From Candidatus Latescibacterota bacterium (GTDB taxonomy: Bacteria; Latescibacterota; UBA2968; UBA8231), in assembly GCA_965248265.1 (NCBI GenBank), contig CBDFJF010000002.1, positions 3,232,001 to 3,296,000 on the forward strand: a DNA stretch of 64,000 nucleotides. The letters run 5' to 3'. The position numbers and the translations under genes were made by a program. The notes below the pieces were generated by a model that was not told where the DNA came from, made no database searches, and worked only from the letters and a program-made list of their open reading frames with translations. This document shows, one piece after another, positions 58,121 through 64,000 of the stretch (the stretch's first letter is position 1; every line of letters starts with the position of its first letter).

Positions 58121-59118
58121 CAGTTCAACCTGGCGCGGCGCTGTTGGCGTCGGATCGTGCGCTTCGCGATCTCGTGGTCACGGTTCGTACGACTGAACGA
58201 ATGCGTGCCATCGCCGCGGGCAACGAAGTACAGGTATTCCGTGTCGTTCGGGTACAGAGCGGCCAGTATTGATGCACGACCAGGACTGCCGATCGGACCC
58301 GGGGGCAGGCCTTTGTGACGGTAAGTGTTGTACGGCGACTCCACCCTCAGGTCTGCGTTGGTGAGCCGCTTCTTGTGAACGCCCAGGGCGAATTCCACGG
58401 TAGCACAGGACTCCAGACGCCGCTTGAGCTTGAGTCGCCGGTGCACGACCGCCTCGCGCTCGACCATGGATGCAAGCGTTACCGCCTGATGCAGGGAAAA
58501 CCCAAGCGAGTCCAATCTGCCGTAGAGACTATCAGCGAAGACCTCGAAGAACTCGGTCACCATGCCCTCGATGATTTCCTCCTCCGTGGCTCCCTCTTTG
58601 ATGAAATAGGTTTCAGGAAAGAGGTAGCCTTCCAGATGAGGTTCGCTGAGTCCCAGGCGCGTGATCAGCTCATCGCTTCCCGTCAATGACACGAATCGAG
58701 CTGAGTCCGCGACCCCGGCGCGTTGGAGTACAGCGCCGATCTGATGACGGGTTAAGCCTTCAGGTACGGTGATGCGCTGCAATTGAATAGGTGCTTGGAG
58801 CAACGTTTCCAGTATGTCGCTCGTCGACTGAGCGCTGCGTAGCTCGTAGGTGCCTGCTTCCAATTCATGGGCGAGATCGCGGTATCTTGCTGACAGTTCA
58901 AAGAACGTGGCGCTGCGTATCAATCCGGCCTCTTCCAGCGAACGACCGATTTGCCGTGCCGTCATGCCCGGCTTGATCTCGACCCGGTTGGCGGCTGGCG
59001 TCGGCGTGGTTGCGGCTGGGCGATCGAGCAACCAGCTCAACACCGCGATGATGCCGAAACAGAGAACGCCGATGGCGGCCATGGCCGAGATGACTGAGAG
59101 TGTGCGGTGTTGGACCAT
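58120..59118 (-). CDS. mltG: Endolytic transglycosylase MltG (apparent short internal deletion)
   Basis: N-terminal TM, TVPEG, LEGYLFPETY, LASMVERE, SPYNTY, GLPPGPI, YLYFV. Confidence 0.9.
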   Translation of the reverse strand: MVQHRTLSVISAMAAIGVLCFGIIAVLSWLLDRPAATTPTPAANRVEIKPGMTARQIGRSLEEAGLIRSATFFELSARYRDLAHELEAGTYELRSAQSTSDILETLLQAPIQLQRITVPEGLTRHQIGAVLQRAGVADSARFVSLTGSDELITRLGLSEPHLEGYLFPETYFIKEGATEEEIIEGMVTEFFEVFADSLYGRLDSLGFSLHQAVTLASMVEREAVVHRRLKLKRRLESCATVEFALGVHKKRLTNADLRVESPYNTYRHKGLPPGPIGSPGRASILAALYPNDTEYLYFVARGDGTHSFSRTNRDHEIAKRTIRRQQRRARLN

Positions 59119-59170
59119 GATATTGAACTAGGTGCTGGCAAGAAAGGACAGAGCCTGGAAGATGACCCGG

Positions 59171-59204
59171 GCCGGAACGAAAAAATTGCCGGAACGAAAG
59201 AATT
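59171..59204. repeat. 17-bp tandem duplication in the mltG leader
   Basis: gccggaacgaaaaaatt / gccggaacgaaagaatt. Confidence 0.8.
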
Positions 59205-59239
59205 CGGGAGCGGGGAGGGGATGCTGCTCGTTGCAGCTG

Positions 59240-59268
59240 ATACTAACTGCCCTAACGTAAGCTGTCAA
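59240..59268 (-). promoter_or_regulatory. sigma70-type promoter for mltG-pcrA
   Basis: Minus strand TTGACA-17 nt-TAGTAT. Confidence 0.6.
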
Positions 59269-59327
59269 GCGGAGTTAGAGTCTGATCCCAGGCGCAACGC
59301 CTGCCAATGGAATCCGATATCAGGTTA

Positions 59328-60545
59328 TCAATGCCTGAAAAGCTGGATGAAGAAATCGTGAATCGGTGCGCTCAACGGGCGAGGCAATGGAGCCTCGTCG
59401 TTGGCTGATGCCGGGATGCTCTCGTAGTAATCGGGATCACCGATGGTTTGGTGGGTGATTGAAGGCGTCAGCGCTTCCTTGAACGAACGGTATCGCTTCT
59501 TGCGCTTGGAAAACGCCCGGCCGATCTGTCGGGTGTGATCCTGACCATGCTCCTCGCGCTCCCTTTGGTCGCGTATCAGATCATGCACCTGGTCGGCGAA
59601 GGGGCGACCGCTTCCCCAACAGCGCTTGTGGGCGGAGAGGTGGATGACGCGGTCACCTGACAGCAGGGCGGAGCCGGAAATTCCCTTCGACGAGAAAACC
59701 AGAGAGCGACCGCTGTCTCGCAGGCTCCTGTTCTGTATCAGTTTGCTGTCGCGGCTAACTTCGACGAGTTCATCCATCAGACTCTCGACCTGATCAACCG
59801 GAGTCACTTCCCTGGTGGGGTGAGCGACAGCCTCGACCAGAGCGCTCTGCAGTACCTGGTCGTAACGATCCTCCAGAATCTCGGGATCGCTGAACAACTC
59901 GATGAACAAGTCCTGGCCGACCGCCGCAACCGCTCCGGTCTGCCCCGGCATCGGGGGGAAGATGCGGCTGAAGTCGTTGACATCGGAGCCGTAGTTCTTG
60001 AATACGGCCCGCACGTCCTGGGTGCTGGAAGCTGTGTCAGCCCCTTTCAGATAGCTCTTGATGTTGTCCCAGATTCTGTGCTGGTGAGGTTCTCCATGTT
60101 TTGCCAATTGATCCAGCTTGAATGAACGAACGTACCAGGGACAGGCTTCCGTGCGGTTGAACTCAGCCTGATAGACGGTCGGCTGGCCCGCCTCGACGCA
60201 GTTCACAGGTAACGATGCGCGTCTGAACGGGGGAACCAGACAGCTGAACTGAACAGATCTCAGCTGGGTCGGTCCCATCAGAATGTCCGATTCCGCTACA
60301 AGGACGGAAGTCGGCAACGGATTGTCTATGTGTACCTGGCTGACGAATCCGGTGTCGTTTACCCGCACTCCCTTGCCAAGACCGGTGGACAAGGTGACCA
60401 GATCAGGAGGGTCAGAACCCAATTCATTCGGCAGGAGGGGATAGACGACCATGTTTGGCAGCTCGCCTGTCGGTTCGAACAAAGGCGGGCCGACGGTGAG
60501 TTCGTTGAAAAGGGTCTGTAAAACGCGAGCGAGCGATCCCGACAT
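59328..60545 (-). CDS. ARPP-1 / DUF6569-like domain protein
   Basis: NMVVYPL..LVTL..V..V.I.N....VLV...ILMGPTQLR....LVP....LPVNCVEAG; later GAVAAVG..IELF; matches the recalled family pattern (G.KQNR...CVE.GRW). Confidence 0.65.
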   Translation of the reverse strand: MSGSLARVLQTLFNELTVGPPLFEPTGELPNMVVYPLLPNELGSDPPDLVTLSTGLGKGVRVNDTGFVSQVHIDNPLPTSVLVAESDILMGPTQLRSVQFSCLVPPFRRASLPVNCVEAGQPTVYQAEFNRTEACPWYVRSFKLDQLAKHGEPHQHRIWDNIKSYLKGADTASSTQDVRAVFKNYGSDVNDFSRIFPPMPGQTGAVAAVGQDLFIELFSDPEILEDRYDQVLQSALVEAVAHPTREVTPVDQVESLMDELVEVSRDSKLIQNRSLRDSGRSLVFSSKGISGSALLSGDRVIHLSAHKRCWGSGRPFADQVHDLIRDQREREEHGQDHTRQIGRAFSKRKKRYRSFKEALTPSITHQTIGDPDYYESIPASANDEAPLPRPLSAPIHDFFIQLFRH

Positions 60546-60552
60546 CTTGCCC

Positions 60553-61065
60553 CTAACGGGCGAAAGCGACTACAGCGTGATAGGTGCCAACGCCGAACCC
60601 CAGGCTGCAGTAACCGGCCAGGATGGTGACTCCGGCGATCAGGGGAAAGATGACTACCATGCCGGTGTCGAGGTCTCGGGTAGGGTCGCCGCGAAGTTCG
60701 AGAACGGCGACCGTCGCATCATGCCCGAATACCGTCCCCAGCATGGCGGTAAGTGTGACAAGGACAAACTGGTGCGCCGGCCAACGGAGGACATAGTCGG
60801 CAATCAGGACGGCCGTCAGGGCCAGTAGAAGACAGGCCGGTAAGCGCAGATGGCCACCCAGAATGTGCTCGAGCCGGGTGCCATACAATGCCGCTGTGGC
60901 ATAGGGTCCCAGCACCAGTAGCCCGGCGCTGATTCCCAGAGCCAAGGTGATGATCAGTTTCGGATTGGGGTCCAAGATGGCGATCAGGAACCCGGCGCTG
61001 AATATCCCGAGCAGGTGGGGCCAGGTACCCGCCAAGCGGTGGTTGAATGTCGATAGGGGGTTCAT
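60553..61065 (-). CDS. Hypothetical membrane protein (4-5 TM helices)
   Basis: Several hydrophobic segments; ends 7 bp before the ARPP-1-like gene. Confidence 0.7.
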   Translation of the reverse strand: MNPLSTFNHRLAGTWPHLLGIFSAGFLIAILDPNPKLIITLALGISAGLLVLGPYATAALYGTRLEHILGGHLRLPACLLLALTAVLIADYVLRWPAHQFVLVTLTAMLGTVFGHDATVAVLELRGDPTRDLDTGMVVIFPLIAGVTILAGYCSLGFGVGTYHAVVAFAR

Positions 61066-61179
61066 ATGTAGTATTATCGGCAACGAGCGCTTCGGCAGGA
61101 CCTCAAAGAAGTGGGCTCAATCACCGGCCTTTTGTGTGCACTCGGCGTTGCTGTCGGCGCTGCTGCCGGCCTTGCCGCC

Positions 61180-62172
61180 TCAACGGTACAGGTGTTCCTC
61201 TTCCACGGGGATTTCTTCGAGGATCTGCACCGCCCGTTTGTTTCCCTGCAAGCCCACGCGACACCGGTACTTGGGTCGATCTCCGATAATGACGATGGCG
61301 GTCTCGTCAGCGTCGGTGTCCAGCTTGACCACGTCGCCGATCTTCAGATCGGCAAGCTGGCTCAGTGGCAAGGTGCCTGAGGCGACCTCCACCTCGATAG
61401 GAATCATCATGTTCTTGAGGTTTTGCTCGTTCCGGCCAACGTTGGTTGCCCTGCGTTGTTGGCGAGCCCCCGCTCCGGTCTCAGGTGATGTCAGCTTGGC
61501 AACCAGTGGATCGAGTGTCAGTACCGGGTAGCACAGGTGTAGTAGTCCGGACACATTCTTCGAGTTCAGCTCGAGGCCGACAACGAGGACCGCGTCGCCC
61601 GGAGCCGTGATCTGGATGAATTCGGGATTCGTTTCCAGGGCCGCGTCCGTAACCTCAACGCGGGCAATAGGTTCCCATGCCTCCTCCAAGTCCCGGAAAG
61701 CTCTGCTAACCAATTTGCCGACGATGCTCATTTCGATTGGGGTCAGTTCGCGTCCGTCATCGGCGAGGCCTCGGCCCTGGCCCCCGAAGGCGCGGTCTAT
61801 CAAGGCCATCAGGATTTCCGGGGCGAAGCTCAACACCGCCTTTCCACCAGAAGGTTCGATGGTAAAACTGTAGGCCGAACAGGGATTGGGTAGGGAGAGG
61901 ATGAACTCGTTGTAGAGTTGCTGCTCGCAATAGGCCAGATCGATGTCGACGACCATCCGCATGGAACTGGACAGGGTGGAGGCAAAGGTTCTGGCGAGTT
62001 GCTCGTGCATGCCCTCCAGTCTTCGGAAGAGCTCTTGGTTCAGGGGCTGTGGCTTCTTGAAATCGTATGAGACTGCGGGACGATCATCGGTCGAATCAGA
62101 GGCCCGGGTCTGGGGCTGTCGAGCTGATTTGAGCAGGTCTTGCAGGTCGTCGTCTGAGATCAGGTCGCTCAT
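61180..62172 (-). CDS. fliM: Flagellar motor switch protein FliM
   Basis: MSDLISDDDLQDLL (CheY-binding-like), YDFKKP, RELTPIE, ETNPEF, C-terminal SpoA domain. Confidence 0.92.
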   Translation of the reverse strand: MSDLISDDDLQDLLKSARQPQTRASDSTDDRPAVSYDFKKPQPLNQELFRRLEGMHEQLARTFASTLSSSMRMVVDIDLAYCEQQLYNEFILSLPNPCSAYSFTIEPSGGKAVLSFAPEILMALIDRAFGGQGRGLADDGRELTPIEMSIVGKLVSRAFRDLEEAWEPIARVEVTDAALETNPEFIQITAPGDAVLVVGLELNSKNVSGLLHLCYPVLTLDPLVAKLTSPETGAGARQQRRATNVGRNEQNLKNMMIPIEVEVASGTLPLSQLADLKIGDVVKLDTDADETAIVIIGDRPKYRCRVGLQGNKRAVQILEEIPVEEEHLYR

Positions 62173-62286
62173 GTCAAGTATGGTTTTCCCGACGGGCACA
62201 GTGGGTGGTGACATGTAAAGCTACCATACTAGCCTCCGACTCGCCAAGAGGCTGAATCTGGGGCGTCAAACAGCATCACAAACCAG

Positions 62287-62314
62287 TAAAGTAATCAACG
62301 GGATATGTCGATAC
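62287..62314 (+). promoter_or_regulatory. sigma28 (FliA/SigD)-type promoter upstream of the small ORF and fliS
   Basis: TAAA-16 nt-GTCGATAC versus consensus TAAA-N15/16-GCCGATAW. Confidence 0.6.
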
Positions 62315-62334
62315 TACTTACTGTCAAGTAGTAT
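62311..62334. promoter_or_regulatory. Perfect 9-bp inverted repeat (operator-like) between divergent fliM and fliS
   Basis: ATACTACTT-actgtc-AAGTAGTAT. Confidence 0.55.
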
Positions 62335-62409
62335 TATAATATTGTCCACCAAAACGAAAGGATCGAGATCATGACTGGAGGTGGATGCTAGTGTGAGGTA
62401 GGTAGGTAC

Positions 62410-62532
62410 ATGTATCGATCTGAGCGTAGCGCCATCATCAACGTTGTTCCTTTCAGTGTAGGGACGTATTGGTGGCGATTCGATGGTGAGATGGAAGAAT
62501 GGATTCTTGCACCCCTCAATCTACCGCTCTAG
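62410..62532 (+). CDS. Putative small protein (40 aa), absent from the ORF track
   Basis: MYRSERSAIINVVPFSVGTYWWRFDGEMEEWILAPLNLPL*; GAGGT upstream; TAG overlaps the AGGAGG RBS of fliS. Confidence 0.4.
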   Translation: MYRSERSAIINVVPFSVGTYWWRFDGEMEEWILAPLNLPL

Positions 62533-62542
62533 GAGGCCAAGG

Positions 62543-63007
62543 ATGGTTATGTCCACATTCAAGCAGTATCCCAACTCGGAAACGTATGCTGACGACCAGC
62601 TGCGAGGCGACAGTAAAGATCCGCTATGGGGCGAGGCGGTGTACGCAGACAAGGGTCTGTTCCTGCTATTGCTCTATGACAAGGCAATCAAATCCATGAC
62701 TGAGGCTCTCGAGCTGATAGCCGATGGAGACATGGTGGGAAAGGGGGAGAGGTTGATCCGAGCCCAGGACATCGTCCTGCAACTCTCCGATGCCCTCGAT
62801 CCCAGTGCAGGAGCAATAGCCGACAATCTGGAGCGGCTTTATCTCTACATTTACCGTCGGCTGATACGAGGCAATATCCGCCTGGATACAGAGGCGATAG
62901 TAGAGGCACGGTCGCTGATGACGGAGCTTCTCGAATCCTGGCAGGCGGTGATTCTCGGCCGGGACAGCGCAACTGTGCTAGGCTCGGGCAATCGCGCCAT
63001 GGGATAG
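62543..63007 (+). CDS. fliS: Flagellin export chaperone FliS-like protein
   Basis: LLLLYDKAI, RAQDIVLQLSDALD, IADNLERLYLYIYRRL, LLESW; AGGAGG RBS. Confidence 0.85.
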   Translation: MVMSTFKQYPNSETYADDQLRGDSKDPLWGEAVYADKGLFLLLLYDKAIKSMTEALELIADGDMVGKGERLIRAQDIVLQLSDALDPSAGAIADNLERLYLYIYRRLIRGNIRLDTEAIVEARSLMTELLESWQAVILGRDSATVLGSGNRAMG

Positions 63008-63047
63008 TCCTTTTTTGTCGCCCCAAGTTAGGTGACTTTAGTTGGGT

Positions 63048-63095
63048 AAAAGGAGTTGTCACTCACTGACTCGGTGGGCGATAACTCCTTTTTTT
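63048..63095. terminator. Bidirectional intrinsic terminator after fliS
   Basis: AAAAGGAGTTGTC..GATAACTCC-TTTTTTT. Confidence 0.85.
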
Positions 63096-63189
63096 ATAAA
63101 CGATAGAGCATCAGGTAGATAGCCATACCTGAGACCGAAACAGGTGTGGCGCACCAGGCTGGTGGCCCAGGTCGTACCGACCGTATGCT

Positions 63190-63561
63190 TCAGCCGAATC
63201 CCATTTTCTTGCGTTGGACTCGTTTCTTCCTGGCTTGTTCCTGCTCCTCGCTCTCCTTCGCTTCATTCTTCTCGTGATCGACTTCCATGTTTTTGAGCGA
63301 GTCGTAGTACATCCGAAGCCGGCCCTCCCTTTCCCTCAAGGGATCGACGACAACCGTCAGGTCGGCGACAATCTGTTTCTTGTCTCCCATTCCACCGCGC
63401 CATTTTTCAAGATCCGACTCGATCTTCATGAGCCTAGGAGCTATTCCGGTACTCTCGCGAGTGAAAAAGAGAATGGATCTGACCGCCATGGCGAGGGAAG
63501 CGACGATCAGGACCCCGGCGATAACTTCGGTCGATAGCACCACGTCGAGGATGTTATTCAT
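63190..63561 (-). CDS. Hypothetical protein: N-terminal TM, coiled coil and basic tail (123 aa)
   Basis: VIAGVLIVASLAMAV TM segment; charged heptads; begins 16 bp after the tRNA 3' end. Confidence 0.75.
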   Translation of the reverse strand: MNNILDVVLSTEVIAGVLIVASLAMAVRSILFFTRESTGIAPRLMKIESDLEKWRGGMGDKKQIVADLTVVVDPLREREGRLRMYYDSLKNMEVDHEKNEAKESEEQEQARKKRVQRKKMGFG

Positions 63562-63577
63562 ACGAAACCTTGAAATG

Positions 63578-63653
63578 TGGAGCCACCCGCCGGAGTCGAA
63601 CCGGCGACCTACTCATTACGAGTGAGTTGCTCTACCAACTGAGCTAGGGTGGC
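63578..63653 (-). tRNA. tRNA-Thr (anticodon CGT)
   Basis: GCCACCC TAGCTCAGTTGGTAGAGC A ACTCA-CT-CGT-AA-TGAGT ..GGTTCGACTCC..GGGTGGC T CCA; 76 nt with encoded CCA. Confidence 0.97.
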
Positions 63654-63681
63654 TGGAGTCAAAAGGGGGACATCTTTCGCT

Positions 63682-63710
63682 AACTTAGTCCCGTAGTGGG
63701 AGTTCGTCAA
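63682..63710 (-). promoter_or_regulatory. sigma70-type promoter for tRNA-Thr
   Basis: Minus strand TTGACG-17 nt-TAAGTT. Confidence 0.55.
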
Positions 63711-63717
63711 CGCGAGG

Positions 63718-63760
63718 GAGCGTTGGGGCGTTGCAGAGCGTTGGGGCGTTGCCCCAACGC
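63718..63760. repeat. GC-rich hairpin with one arm tandemly duplicated, directly after the ftsA-like stop
   Basis: gagcgttggggcgttgc x2; gcgttggggc-gtt-gccccaacgc is a perfect inverted repeat. Confidence 0.75.
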
Positions 63761-64000
63761 TTACAGGAAACTGAACAGCTTCGAGATCCTGTTTAAGATG
63801 CCGGTCTGTGAGCCGACGGCCGACAGATTGAACTCATCGGCAAAATCAGCCTGTCCATGAGCGGCGAATTGCAGAAGTCCGACGGCTGTGGTGTTGCGAG
63901 GGTCGTCCATACGTTCGGCGGAGAGAATGTCCTGGGCGGCCCCGACGCGAACGGGTACGCCGAAAACCTCCTCCCCCAATTGGGCCAGGTTACCGAGGAG
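63761..64000 (-). CDS. ftsA: C-terminal fragment of a probable FtsA (truncated by window end)
   Basis: GEEVFGVPVRVG..P...TAVGLL, and amphipathic tail GILNRISKLFSFL. Confidence 0.6.
   Translation of the reverse strand, partial: LLGNLAQLGEEVFGVPVRVGAAQDILSAERMDDPRNTTAVGLLQFAAHGQADFADEFNLSAVGSQTGILNRISKLFSFL

Noticed and set aside
55658-58318. 337-aa and 321-aa plus-strand ORFs
   Set aside because: Antisense shadows of pcrA.
59328-63653. Genomic island integrated at tRNA-Thr
   Set aside because: No integrase and no duplicated tRNA 3' end were seen, and the region carries flagellar genes.

Overview
About 60 genes of GC-rich bacterial chromosome. The S8 protease with a FlgD/T9SS-like tail and the many Gfo/Idh/MocA and SDR enzymes suggest an FCB-group organism such as Ca. 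Latescibacterota; this is inferred, not tested. Most of the window is housekeeping or metabolic: pepA, dcd, serC, trpBA, rfbA, rbsK, ispG, a fused IOR, groES-groEL, miaB/mtaB, pcrA, mltG and tRNA-Thr(CGT). No integrase, transposase or CRISPR array was seen. The strongest candidate for an undescribed system is an orphan MamK/Mad28-type actin (23964-25046). It has intact ATPase motifs, a 178-aa coiled-coil partner gene directly downstream and three CAAATAACG direct repeats upstream, but no magnetosome genes nearby, so it may position some other cargo. Other notable loci are: a folE/phhB/queE cluster with an NMT1/THI5-type ABC importer; a GDP-heptose operon divergent from SGNH, YfhO and TMEM260-like genes; a 163-bp TA-flanked MITE; a 20-bp tandem repeat forming TGATG-coupled mini-ORFs into rbsK; a sigma54-type groESL with a His-tailed GroEL; an apparent ~11-aa deletion beside the MltG catalytic Glu; an ARPP-1/DUF6569 plus membrane-protein pair; and an unannotated 40-aa ORF between a sigma28-type promoter and fliS. 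All family assignments come from motif recognition by eye, not from database searches.
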